Below, one piece after another: positions 27,634 through 43,917 of a DNA stretch of 64,000 nucleotides (its first letter is position 1; each line of letters begins with the position of its first letter). This DNA is from the human T2T-CHM13v2.0 reference genome, Homo sapiens. The stretch lies in assembly GCF_009914755.1 (NCBI RefSeq), contig NC_060935.1. One strand, 5' to 3'. A model generated the notes under the pieces. The model did not search any database. It was not told the origin of the DNA and worked only from the letters and a program-made list of their open reading frames with translations. Position numbers and translations under genes: made by a program.

Positions 27634-28027
27634 TTTTCTTTTGTTAGTATACTTTAAGTTCTAGGGAACATGTGCACAATGTGCAGATTTGATACATATG
27701 TATACATGTGCCATGTTGGTTTGCTGCACCCATTAACTCATCATTTACATTAGGTATTTCTCCTAATGCTATCCCTCCCCCCTCCCTCCACCCCTCAACA
27801 AGCCCCAGGGTGTGATGTTCCCCACCCTGCGTCCAAGTGTTCTCATTGTTCAATTCCCACCTATGAGTGAGAACATGTGGTGTTTGGTTTTCTGTCCTTA
27901 TGATAGTTTGCTGAGAATGATGGTTTCCAGCTTCATCCATGTCCCTGCAAAGGACATGAACTCATCCTTTTTTATGGCTGCATAGTATTCCATGGTGTGT
28001 ATGTTTGCCTCCACATCTTAACCAGTC
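27634..28027 (-). mobile_element. 5'-truncated primate L1PA 3' end
   Basis: tatactttaagttctaggg...catgtgccatgttggtttgctgcacccattaactc...caattcccacctatgagtgagaacatg. Confidence 0.95.
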
Positions 28028-28029
28028 AT

Positions 28030-28499
28030 GGCCGTGGCAATAGTTCCAGACAGACTTGGATGAGTTTTGCCCCGGTCCAATCTGATAGGGCCTCGCCTTA
28101 GGCCTGCACCTGGAACTTACACTACCTACCCTGCACTCACACGTGGGCAACCCGGAGCACGGGGCATTCAAGCTCATCGGTCAAAGCCTTGACCAATGGG
28201 AGACAGGAGCCAATGGAGAAACGCTTTGCATTTTGCCCCCTGGTGGACCCTTTTTTTTTTTTTCTTTTTAGACTCGGCGGACTCTTTTTAGACATTTCAT
28301 GAGGCTCCTCTGAAGGCCACAGAGGAATGCACTCCAGTTACCTTGAGCAGCCGCCAACCCCTAAGACACTCTTCCATCAGGGTTCGCTTCTCCCGTTTTA
28401 CTCCCCATCTGTCTCTCTTGCTCGCTGAAATCTCATTCCTAACAACTTGCATGCAAGCTTTGGTTTCAGGCTGTGTTTTGGAGGTGCCCAGGCTAAGAT
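28030..28499 (+). mobile_element. LTR16-like ERVL LTR
   Basis: gccttgaccaatgggagacaggagccaatgg and 3' end cttgcatgcaagc...tcaggctgtgttttggagg..cccaggctaaga. Confidence 0.55.
28232..28250 (-). promoter_or_regulatory. Candidate CTCF binding site
   Basis: Minus strand GTCCACCAGGGGGCAAA matches the CTCF core CCACCAGGGGGC. Confidence 0.45.
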
Positions 28500-29067
28500 G
28501 GGATGAGCTCTGGTCACCCAGAGATCACGGCTGCAGCCTGGGAGGGGCCGGTAGGCTGGCTCTCGCTCGGTGGCGGAGCTACACTCACCTCACTGCAACA
28601 CTGAGGGAACAGGGGTGTCCTCGGAGTCTTCTCCAGTGCCCTTCTCTCAAAGCCAAGCACTGTTGATGAATCCATCTGTCTCAGGACGGACCTCTGGGCA
28701 AACTGGCACCTTCAGCCCCGACCCCCGAGCATTTTGGCTAGAACAGTCAAAGGAAGCCAATCTTAGGTTATTTTAAACCAGCTGTGCGGGGGCATGAAGC
28801 TGCACCAGGAATGTCTAATTTAATTAAATGTAGATAAGATGTTTTGAACTGCCTTACTCTCTTGGGGACACCTGGGCTTGGTGAGCCTCCCCAGCTGCAG
28901 CTCATCCTAGCCTCCACCTGATGATGCTTGTGGAGGGTGGAAATTTAATTCAGAAGTGCGTGTGCTAAGAATGTCCTATTACCTTATTTCCTTAAGTCAA
29001 ACCCGATTTGGAGGGTCCATCCTGTTAGGTTGGTGGCGGTGCCGTCCCCGTCACTGTGGGCAGCAGG

Positions 29068-29720
29068 GTGTGTAGTGAGGGGTTCGCGCTCTTGCCTGGC
29101 CACTTGGTTTTGGGCTCCAGCTCTACCCCATGGCAGCTGTGTGGCTCTGGGCAAGTCATTTCACCTCCCCTTACTTCGGCTTCCTCACAGTGACTGGGGA
29201 TAATAATAAGGTCTCTCCTTGGGCTGTGCTAAGGATCCCACGAGGAGACGCAAGGGCTTAGAGCATGGCCTGGGGTTTTAGCCGCATTATCTTGGGTGAG
29301 GTAGGGTGAGGCCAGATGCAGATCAAGAGAGAAACTGGAATGAGTTTTACAGTTTTTTTATACTCACGGGTCCCTGGGGGCAAACAGAGGACACCATGTA
29401 GGGCCACTCGGGGAAGCATGGGGTCAGTCACGAGGATCGGGGCAATCAAGCACCTCAACTGTGGCCACAGGAGGGAATGGTTAAGGTGAGGTGGGCGGGG
29501 CAGGCGGGTGTAGGATTGGGCTGTCCCTGGTTGTCAAGGGCCTGGCTCTGGGGCAGTTAAGGCGGGCACATAATGGCCAGGGCTGTGAGAGCCCAATAAG
29601 GGAAGTGTTGAGGTGTGGGAGGGGAGCTGACCAGCCTCCAGCCAGGGCCTCAACACCAGGTCAGAAGAGCATGTTAAACATCATATTACACCTGGCACCA
29701 GAAAGCTCTTAATAATGTCG
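29068..29720 (+). mobile_element. MIR split by an LTR
   Basis: gctgtgtggctctgggcaagtcatttcacctc...gcttagagcatggcctgg | cctggcaccagaaagctcttaataatg. Confidence 0.7.
29274..29690 (-). mobile_element. Solo ERVL-group LTR (MER54/MER74/LTR53-like)
   Basis: ~417-bp insertion ending ...atattaca; 5-bp TSD cctgg (29269-29273, 29691-29695) inside the MIR. Confidence 0.6.
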
Positions 29721-29849
29721 ACTCATAGGCGATACGATTCAGAGTCAGCGGTCGGCAGGAAAGTTCTGGCACTCGCCCTGCAGTGCACGGAAATCATGAG
29801 GACTCACGTGATGCCAGAGAAAGGAAGAGCCTGTTTCCTGTTCCACCAA

Positions 29850-30654
<805 letters not shown>

Positions 30655-32395
30655 CTGTAACCCCTGGCATCTCCATCATGTAAGTCCCCATGGTCCCTTG
30701 GAGTCAGGTGGTCCTGCAGCTTCCACACCATGACTGGACCTGAGAATCTCCATGGAGGCTGGGATCCCCATCCTCCCCAAGCACCCCAAAGCCATTGGTT
30801 GCTAAGGTGCTCCTGCCTCCCGGCTCACCTCCACTTGCAGTTCTCACAGAGCTCCACCAGCTTCCCATCCTGGGGGTACCCCCACCCCATCTCACAGCTT
30901 TTGCCTCTCTCCCATCCTCCCCAGTTGAGTCATCCAAGAAGTTCCTCTGGCCTTTGGAAAACAATAGACAGGGAAAGCATGCTGTGGTTCACTCAGCAAC
31001 AGGAGCTTGCCCCAGAGTGAGGAGGAACCAAGCTGAAATAAAGATGCATTGAGTCCTCCCGCCAGACTCATCGGCCTTCGCTAGGGCACTCATTTCATGT
31101 CTGTCTTCCTCATTGGACTCAACCTCCGGACGTCAGGGAGTGACGTGCTACCTGAGTCCTAGCACAGAGCAGACACTCAAGGAAAACACCCCTGGATGCC
31201 TTCAACTCAAACAACAGGTTCTAGTCTTCTATTCCATTCTTACTACTGTTTTTATTCTGGAAGGAAAGTCACTCTAACTGCCCCATCATTTTGTCTCTCG
31301 GTACTCCTGTTCCCTGTCTGAGATGATAGATTCTGCACCAGGTCAGGAAACTGAACTGGGGATATTGGGAGAATTTTGTCCCCATCCTACAGTTATGGAA
31401 GCCAAGGTCCAAGGAAGGCACATGCTCTGTGCAAAGCTACTTGTGTGCAACTTAGAGGGAGGAGCACTAACAAAGGCCTCCATCCCTCTACCCATCTCTC
31501 CCCTCCATGCATCCAACATAATTAGTATCCTCTATGTGCAGAGGGGGGCAGAAGGAGAACTGGCATCTATAGAGTACCTACTATGTGCCAGATACTACGC
31601 TGTGCACTTTATGCATGTTATAACCAGAATTTTGTGGCAAAGCACCATTAATAGTAGCTTGCATTTGATTTGCTTGGTTTTTATACTGTTCAAAGTGCTT
31701 TCACATCTATTATCTTACTTGAGTTTCATGAGTCTATGTGAGGCAGGCATGACAGATACAAATCATCCACATTTAGGAGGGAACAGGACTGATACACAAA
31801 TAAAGGGCTGTGCAGAGTCGTGTGACTAGTTGTGTTGAAGGCAGGAACCTGGGGTTCTGCTCCAGCACACCTTCCTCCTACCCTGTGCTCTTGGTGGGTT
31901 CACAGCCTGCACTTCATATGCCCCACACAGCCTCTCTTCTACATAGAAACCTTGATCCATTTCCAGGCACTGCACATACATGAGTTCCCACAAAATGTAC
32001 ACACCCACATATGCAAAGGTCAGCACTATTTGCACACAAACATACACACACGTGCACAAATATCTGCACACACTCACACACATATGGGTGTTGAGGGGTG
32101 AGCATTCAAAACTCATCTTAAGCTGCCAGTTGTTCAGAGAAAGTGAGAGACAACGCCCCATCAACATTTTCACATGTTTGTATGTATGTTCCAGGCTTTC
32201 TGAACAGAGTGCTGGTAACCTGAGTTAAAGGATGATTGAATGGTTAAACATGGCTTGCAAGTTAGAGGTAATGAATTGCTCTGGGGAAATTTAAGGGCTT
32301 TTTCCCCCTGAAGCCATTTGCTTACATTCTACTGATAACAGACCTAGAGACCTGGCCCAGAGAGAATTCTTCAGAAAGAATTTGTTTATATTTCT

Positions 32396-32696
<301 letters not shown>

Positions 32697-33944
32697 TTAT
32701 ATTCCTGAGAAAAGATCTCTCCCTCTTCAACTCCATGGCAGCTGCCTCATATAAGCTCTAAGTCTCCTAATGTTGGGAATCCTCTCTTATGGTGTAAACT
32801 TCACTGCACGGGTAGGTAAACATCTGGCCCTCAGTCATTGTCTCATGAGGAATTGGGGTACAGGGAACAGGCATTACTAACACGCACTGTGCATAAGTAA
32901 AACTTCTCTTCTCTGGCCAGAGATCTTGTGTCAGGATAGACAAATAAACACAGATATAAACACCTAAACAATTTATCTGCCCTAAACCACTACTGTCTGT
33001 CTTACAAGTTGTGTGCACCAATGAGTATAATAATATTATTATTGTTAATAGCCGCATCTGTTGAGTGCCTACTCTGCTCCAGGCCCAGGACTAAAAACTG
33101 TAATTTCTCCAAGATTGCACAGCTGGCCAGAGGTGGAGCTGAGAGTGGGTGCCTTTGCCCAGGGTGGCTGCGTTTGGCCGGCTGCTCCACCATGGAGTAA
33201 CGTAGCAATGGCTGTTTTGGACAAAGCACAGGTGAACAGGCTTAGTTGTAGGCAGGGGTGCTGAGTCACAGATGGAGGAAGACTGCAGAAGGGAGAGCTT
33301 TCTCTGCGGGGCATAATTTCTCCACTGGCAAAGCTGATGGCCTTTCTCATTTTCTTGCCATGGGGTTCCCTGTGTTGAGACTAATTACTGTCTCAACCCT
33401 CCATTTGCCAGCATGATGAACCTGCCAAGCCTGCCAGCTGGTCTACTGTGCATTCCTGGATGCTCCAGACCATTCACAGGTTGAAGTCCCATTAGCAAGA
33501 GCCACACACGGAGCTGGCCCCCCAGCACTGGGGCCCAGTGTGGGACCTCAGCCTGGCCTTGGGGTGGGTGAGTGGAGTGTGACATAGAGAGGAGATTGAA
33601 TGAAGCGACCTCCCCTCCTTGCATTTCTCCACTCCTCCCTTTTCTCCTCCTCCCAATGCCAGCAGTGGAAATGCCTCCTGGAACTGAACTCAGCAAGAGT
33701 GCACTGAGCCCACGGCCCTGTGCTAGGCAGTCACTCTTCTAAGCACGGGTGGCACTCGGTCTGGCCTCTGCATTTGCCCTTGCTGCACTCTCCAGGAATG
33801 CCTTCTCCCTTCCTCTACTCTATCCCGAATTGTGCAGGTCCCTCTCAAGTCTTATCCCCTGGGTGAAGCTCTCCCTTCTCTGAATTCTCTAGCAATTGAC
33901 CTCTGGCACAAAGTCCAACAAAGGTCGAACTTCACAATCTAGAT

Positions 33945-34135
33945 TCCATTCAACTCTTCAATTTATACCGTATTAGTAAGTGCCCAGTCAGTGTTATGCT
34001 AGGTGTTGATGATAGGGCGGGACGTAAAACTCAGTCCCTGCCTCCTGAAGTTTGTGATCTAGCAGGGAAGACAGACTAAACACAGAACTGGAAGTATGAT
34101 AGATGAGTGTTAAGACAGGGAAAGTAAAGATTCCT
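33945..34135 (-). mobile_element. L2 3' fragment
   Basis: tgctaggtgttgatgata...cagtccctgcctcctgaagtttgtgatctagcagggaagacagac. Confidence 0.6.
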
Positions 34136-34143
34136 TGGGTATT

Positions 34144-34410
<267 letters not shown>

Positions 34411-35275
34411 TCAAGGAAAGCCTGCCAGATTACAATTTTTCTTACTCTTCAGTCATTTTGTGAATGTAAATCTTGTCTTCTCTACAAACTGCATTTACTT
34501 TGAGTCCAAGAACCACACCTCATTTAGCCCTAATGTTCTTCCTAAGTGTGAGTCCATGAGAAATCATTAGAAAACCCTGGCTACATTGAACAACACCAGT
34601 GTGAGCAGTGTCTGCAAGGGATCTGCCGCCCTCTTCCTTGACTAACACATTCATCCCCACATCCTTCTTGTGGATTGCACCAAAAGGAAAATTTAGGAGA
34701 GAAAATACATGTTTCTTTAAATTTTGTGTCCCCAGTTTTTCTGCCCTGCTTCCTAACTCAGTATTCTCTCTTTGAGCTGCCCTGGGATAGGTCTGGTAGT
34801 GATCCTCACTCCAAATAAAAAGTGGGTATGGAGTCTACATGGGCCTGAGTGAAGGTCACCCAAGAGAAAAGGGCCAGACCCTAAATCCACCAGCCAAGGT
34901 GGGAGGCAGAAATGCAACCTTTCTTCCTGAGGAATTCCATGACTAATTCACTTTCATAAAATAAATTTCCATCAACATTTGTGAAAATCATACCGTGTGC
35001 TAGGAAGTGTACAGTCACCAGGGAGGCACACAGGTGCCTGAGATGTGGTGAGCCCCTCAAGGGGCTTACAGGGAAGTCAGAAAACTGATCTATTCAGAAA
35101 AAAATCATGCAGATGGCAGTTCCTGGTGAGTGGTTGTCCTCCAGGTGCCAGGTGCTGGGGGCTCGTGTCCCTTGGCTTCGTTCTACCACAGCCCTCCAGG
35201 TAAGGCATTAGGATTCCTGATTTTAGGACGAGGAGATTGAAACTCAGATTTTCACTTGTCCAAGGTTGCAGCAGG

Positions 35276-35586
35276 TGCGATGATCCGAGTATCTCTGTAA
35301 AATTTATATGTTGAAGCCCAGCCCCCAAGGCAAAGGTACCAGGAGGTGGGAGGTGATTAGGTCCTGAGGGCAAAGTCCTCAAGAATGAGATTAGCCCCTT
35401 TATAAAAGAAGCCTGAGAGAGACCCCTCACCCCTTCCACCCACCACGTGAGGCGTGAGAAGACGCCCTCTATGAACCAGGAGGCGGGCTCTCCCCAGCCT
35501 CCAGAACTGTGAGAAATATGTTTCTGTTGTTTCTGGTGCACCCAGTCTATGGTGTTCTGTTACCGCACCCTGTGCAGAGTAGCACA
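35276..35586 (+). mobile_element. MLT1A-type MaLR LTR
   Basis: gggaggtgattaggtcctgagggc...cttttataaaaga...ccagcctccagaactgtgagaaatatgtttctgttg. Confidence 0.85.
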
Positions 35587-35588
35587 AC

Positions 35589-36136
35589 AGGCTAGTTCCG
35601 GGCCGGGATAGGAGGCCAGTGAGGGGCCGGGGAAGGAGGCCAGTGCGGGGCCGGGGTAGGAGGCCGGTGCGGGGCCGGGGAAGGAGGCCAGTGAGGGGCC
35701 GGGGAAGGAGGCCAGTGAGGGGCCGGGGAAGGAGGCCAGTGCGGGGCCGGGGAAGGAGGCCAGTGCGGGGCCGGGGAAGGGGGCCAGTGCGGGGCCGGGG
35801 AAGGAGGCCAGTGAGGGGCCGGGGTAGGAGGCCAGTGAGGGGCCGGGGTAGGAGGCCAGTGCGGGGCCGGGGAAGGAGGCCAGTGCGGGGCCGGGGTAGG
35901 AGGCCAGTGAGGGGCCGGGGAAGGAGGCCAGTGCGGGGCCGGGGAAGGGGGCCAGTGCAGGGCCGGGGAAGGAGGCCAGTGAGGGGCCGGGGAAGGAGGC
36001 CAGTGAGGGGCTGGGGTAGGAGGCCAGTGAAGGTCCAGGATAGGAAGCTAGTGGGGGGCCAGGTTATGAGGCCAGTGTGGGCTGGGATAGGAGGTTAGTT
36101 CGGGGCCAGGGTAGGAGGCCAGTTAGGGGCCAGGGT
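35589..36136. repeat. G-rich 24-bp minisatellite (gwgggggccggggwaggaggccagt-type unit, e.g. gaggggccggggaaggaggccagt), ~22 copies
   Basis: Near-perfect 24-bp period across 35621-36000 with degenerate units at both ends. Confidence 0.97.
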
Positions 36137-36264
36137 ACCAGCCCTGCTGCTTTGTTTAGTTCTGAGGCCTGTGTTTGTATTTTCTTTTCGTTAACTCATG
36201 CTGCACGCAAGTGAAAATGCATCTGTTTTGGTTTTGTTTTTTGGATTCAGAATGATCCTTAAAG

Positions 36265-36870
<606 letters not shown>

Positions 36871-37419
36871 GCGGTGATGTCAAGGAAATCTCCCTCGGAA
36901 TAGGCTGATAGTCCAATCCCGTCATTTTACCAGGACAGAAGAGCAAGGCCAGAAAGGGTCTGAGATCTGAGAGAGACAGGAGTCAGACCTGGGCTGGCAC
37001 ATGGCTCTTTCCGCCCCACAGACTGGGCAGTGCTGCGAAGGACATGCAGGTCTGGACAGCCACGGGGGCCTGTGTGAATAAGCGCATGGAGGCAGGGAAG
37101 CAGCCCTCCGGTTTGGAGAAAGGTGAATAGCCTGGCTTGACCTCTGTGTAAAGTCCTGAGGAAATAGGAAGATGATACAGCCCTACGGGGGTGGCATGGG
37201 GGCCGAAATGCAGGGCAGAGGCAAAAAGGGCACTGCGCATTAGATAGGCACCTCCCATTGCAGAGGTGAGGACATCCCCACTGCAGAGGTGAGGAGACTG
37301 AGGTGGAGAGCAGGAGGCACCCAGCCCATGTGACATCGCCCACCTTAGGAGGGCCTACAATTGTTACATTAATGACAATATACTGATTTTAAGTTCTTAT
37401 GATAATTTGCTACTTTTTA

Positions 37420-38485
<1,066 letters not shown>

Positions 38486-39329
38486 CGCCTTCACTTACTT
38501 CACAGGCTTTCAGTAAGGAAGCACTGTGGACAATCTGGGCTGGCTGGCCACCCCTGGCCTGAGGCATGGGCATGGTGAGCAATGCCCCCACCTCTCTTGC
38601 TGCCCAGAGAAGCTCCCTGCACCCACAGGGCAGCAAGCAGTGTACAAGGCAGGTACAAGGGTTTTGAAATAGGAAATGGTTCATTCTGAGCCTAGCTGTT
38701 TGCTCAGCCGATTCCAAAGGAATCTACCTATTTCTTTTAGTCTAAGACAGGTAATACACAGACCCCTCATTCTGGATCCTTGAAACCTTGATAAAGGCAA
38801 TCAAGTGACAGAAAGGGTAGCATCCTGGGAGATCCCGGCAGGAGCAGTCAGCCTATCTGATCTGCACTTTGAAAAAGGAGAGGGAAGTTTCCCGGAACTG
38901 ATGCTGCCTCCCAAGTGTCGAGGAAACACCAGCAAGGGGCGTCCAGGAGCCTGGGTGTTTGCTGGGGCTTCTGGGGGTCTCTGCTCATTGAGAGACCCAG
39001 CTGTCCTCTCAGAGCCTCACACTGTGGCTACACAGAGAAAGTGTCCATCATGAAACCGCCTGGGTATCATCTGGCAGTGCTGCATCCCGACCAAAATCAG
39101 TTGTGAGAGGAGGTATGGAATGAAGGTCTAGCTGCTGCTTTCTCTGTGTGAGGATGTCATGAGCCCATAGGGAAGCTGTTGGCTTGAGTTGCCAGGGTTG
39201 ATCAGAAGCTCAGTGCTCTTGATTTATATCCTCTTGGGCACATATTGGTGACAGAAAGTGGGTGTGCAAGGAGAGGGAGCAGCCTCACCTGACTCCACAC
39301 TGGAGGGGGACTGGCTTCTAAACGGAGCG

Positions 39330-39720
39330 CAGCTATGTGGGGAGAGACCAGGGGAGTAGACTTGTTATGCCATAGAGATCTTCAAAATCATACCTCATTT
39401 GGAGAAAAGGAGACACAGGAAGCTATAAGAACTGTTGGAAATTGCTTAAAGCAAGCTGTTAAATGGAAGAGGAACCAGATTTTGGGTGTATGTGACGTTA
39501 GAACTAGGGTTGATTCATAGAAGTTTCATTGACTTAGAACTTTAAAGGTAGGAATAATCAGAAAACAGAACTGACTGCTTTGTAAGGTGATGAGTTCCCT
39601 GACACTAGAGGTATTCATGCAGAGTGTGGATAACTGTTTATAGGGGATGATATAAAAGGCATTCAGATGTTTGGAGGAGGGCCTGATGCATTCTCAAAAA
39701 ACCTCCAGCTTTGAAATTCT
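39330..39720 (+). mobile_element. L3/CR1-like 3' fragment
   Basis: ttgtaaggtgatgagttccctgacactagaggtattcatgcagag resembles the L3 3' end. Confidence 0.45.
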
Positions 39721-40534
39721 CTTTCAGATTGCGCCATATGAAATTCTTCTCTGGCCAGTTACGTCTTTTTAATATGAGAATACTCCAGTCAATTCTTAAT
39801 CATCTGCACTAAAGGAGGGTCATAAAATGCATAAAATCCAAACTACTGTAATAGCAATTTGCCAAACACACTGATCTTATAGTATGTTTGGTTTGGGAGC
39901 ATTTCATGATGCTTTATTTAGACTGATGGTTTAGATATGTTTCTTACACTGTTGGATCTGTGCTGTGTACTGTATTACAAGAGACAGACAACTCGCTATT
40001 GGCAAGACCCTCTGGTGTTTCTGGCAACTAAACCACGTGGCTTAGAATTGGAGACGGATCTGTAGGGGGCTGAAATATGAGCTAAAGGGAATGTCTCTGT
40101 TAGGGAAGGATATATGCCAAGGGACCTCTGAAAAAGATGAGGCAGATTACGCGAAAGGCCACCCTAGAAATACGTCTTGCCAGATTGGAACCTGTGAAAT
40201 TCTTCAAACCCTATAGGAGGGGAAGGTGGAGCTTGAAATCCAAGGCCCACAAGCATCTCCTTCCCAGATGTTATCCTGGACTTGGGTCAGGGTCCCTTAG
40301 TGAATGGTAGTATCCCAGTTGCACAGCCTTCCAATGCAAAGGCCTGCTGCATGGAAGGGTAGAATAGAAAATAGAAAAGCAATGTACACACACAACTTTG
40401 CATCACTGGTGATTTTTGAAATAGAAATAAACTTGATGCATAAAAATAAAAAAAAAAAATTCAGACTAAAAAAATAGCACATCAACATAAAAAGCAAGTT
40501 TTGACTGAAAAAGATACATTTCCTCCCTCATTAA

Positions 40535-41820
<1,286 letters not shown>

Positions 41821-41964
41821 GGTTACAGCCTTCATAACAGGTAATTTTCTCACAACAGAAAATCAAATCCCAGGCCAAGGAGAGGCAAAGTGGGATGGTG
41901 ACGGTGGATTTTTTTGGCAATTTCAATGAGAAAGATGGAAAATCGAGCTATTTGATCAGAGCTC

Positions 41965-42320
41965 CAGCTTTCAACACAGTGCTCACTAGAATCACATGAT
42001 GAGCTGTTTAAACAAATAAAGACTAGCTGTACCTAGACCAACTAAATAATATCTCAGCAGTAAAGCTCAGGCCCCTGTATTTTGCTAAAGCTCCCCAGGT
42101 GATTGAACCATGTGGTCAGTGCTGAGAATCACAAGACTAGATTCTTGCTGCTTAAAGTGTGGTTCAGGGATCAGCAGCATGGACACTACCTGGGAATATG
42201 TTGGATCTACGGAATCTCAGGTCCCTCCTTACCTGCCCAAGACTTGCTGAATCAGAATCTGCACTCCAGAAAGTTTCCCCCAGGGACCCATATGCACACG
42301 GATGTTTGAGAAGCACTGAG
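41965..42320. mobile_element. Two adjacent MER5-family hAT MITEs (~41965-42132 and ~42140-42320)
   Basis: aagctccccaggtgatt...tgagaatcac; and cttaaagtgtggttc...tgaatcagaatctgca...gtttgagaagcactg. Confidence 0.7.
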
Positions 42321-43214
42321 TTAGATGATTTCCAAGGTCACTTCTTGCTCTAAAGTAGGTGTAAAAGCAATGCTAATTGAGATAATGAGGACAGCCAATG
42401 TCCCAGAAGAGTCTCAGGCAGAGAGGCTTTCAGAACCTGGACCCACAGAGATACTGTTGGAGCCAAAGGCTGATGTTTCCCCAGGCATGGAAATCTTGAC
42501 AAGAACACACCTGTGCTCACAGGTCAAGGCAATTATTTAGCAGGGTGCCCCTGGCACTCAAGCCTTGGCGCAAATGGAAAGCAGTGATGGGAAGTGACAC
42601 AGATTGATAGGAACCAGAGAGACGGAGAGTAGGGAGATAAGATAATGTTATTTTCCTGAGATATCAATGAACCTAGATATTGATGGAATTACAGTGCTGT
42701 GGATGGCTCTTATGAGTCATTCACATTTGGAACTGGCAGCCTCCAAGAGGGTGCGCCCCCCACTTACATAGGAACCTTAGTTCCCGCTTACTGTCTCTCT
42801 GCCCGCTGACCTCTTTCCCTTTGAGCCACTGGAGCATGGCTTCACACTCCTACCAACCCCCACGATTTCCGTCCTCTTCTTCACCCTCCAAATTCACCTC
42901 CTCTTCACCCGAGTCCTATATCACCGAATCACTGCCTCCTTCTTGTGCTGTTCAGCAAGGCACTTTTCTGTGTGGCAATGGATGTCAAGAACCACGGATA
43001 ACTACTGTATAAAAAAGTATTGAAAATTCAAAACCAAGCCCAGTGTCAATATCCCTGGACTCTACCTATTAACTGTGCAAATGGGAAGTCACCAGACCTG
43101 ATGAAAAAGTACAATAAACAAAGGATTAGCCGGCTTCCAGAACTTAAACAACCTGGTTGAAGAAGCCCAGAAGACGAAACCAGTTTCTTTTGTACAGGGA
43201 TTTAGTCCTCCATA

Positions 43215-43600
43215 GTTTTTATGGTGAAATATAAATTTCAATATTTAAATATAACATAAAACTTATCATTTTAACTATTTAAAAATGTATTAGTTCTGTG
43301 GCATTAAGTACATTCACGTTGTTGTACAATCATCACCACCACCATCTCCAAAACCTCTTTATCTTCCCAAAGGGAAACTGTAGCCAATAAAAGATGACTT
43401 CCCCAGCCCCCTCTCTCCTGGCCTCATTCAATGAAAGTAGAAACTATTATTCTACTTTCTTTATGAATTGGACTACTCTAGGTACCTCCTGTAAGTGGAA
43501 TCATATGATAGTTGTCCTTTTTTGTCTAGCTTATTTCAATTAGCATAAGGTCCTCAAGGTTCCTCCATGTTGAAGCATGTGCCAGAATTTCTTTCTGATT
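43215..43600 (-). mobile_element. L1MA/MB 3' fragment
   Basis: ggcattaagtacattcacgttgttgtacaatcatcacc...ctctaggtacctcctgtaagtggaatcata. Confidence 0.85.
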
Positions 43601-43855
43601 TCTACCCAACATCTTGCCACTCTGGCAGACAATGAAGTCATTTTTGTAGTCCAGGGCATCTTACATTGTGAGGAGCGGACATAGGGAGGCATGCAAATTG
43701 TCTCTGCCTCATCAACAACAGCAATCAACACAAGAAAAAGAATCATCATGGAGGATGGTCTTTGGCTATGGATGGAATTGGAAAAGGTTGAGAAGGAGTG
43801 GAGTCCGTAAGTAGAGGGTGGGACCGAAGACCTAGAGATGGACAGGAGGCTGAGG

Positions 43856-43860
<5 letters not shown>

Positions 43861-43893
<33 letters not shown>

Positions 43894-43917
43894 TGTGTGT
43901 GTGTGTCTGTGTGTGTC
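43861..43917. repeat. (TG)n microsatellite
   Basis: Direct observation. Confidence 0.95.

Noticed and set aside
31323-31829. 168-aa ORF
   Set aside because: Runs through MIR-derived sequence; no domain similarity or exon structure.
35619-36098. 159-aa Arg/Gly-rich ORF as a protamine-like gene
   Set aside because: It is the translation of a 24-bp tandem repeat with a GTG start and no supported promoter or splice structure.
42821-43012. Ser/Pro-rich ORF after a pyrimidine tract as a coding exon
   Set aside because: Non-consensus GAG acceptor, no good donor and low-complexity composition.
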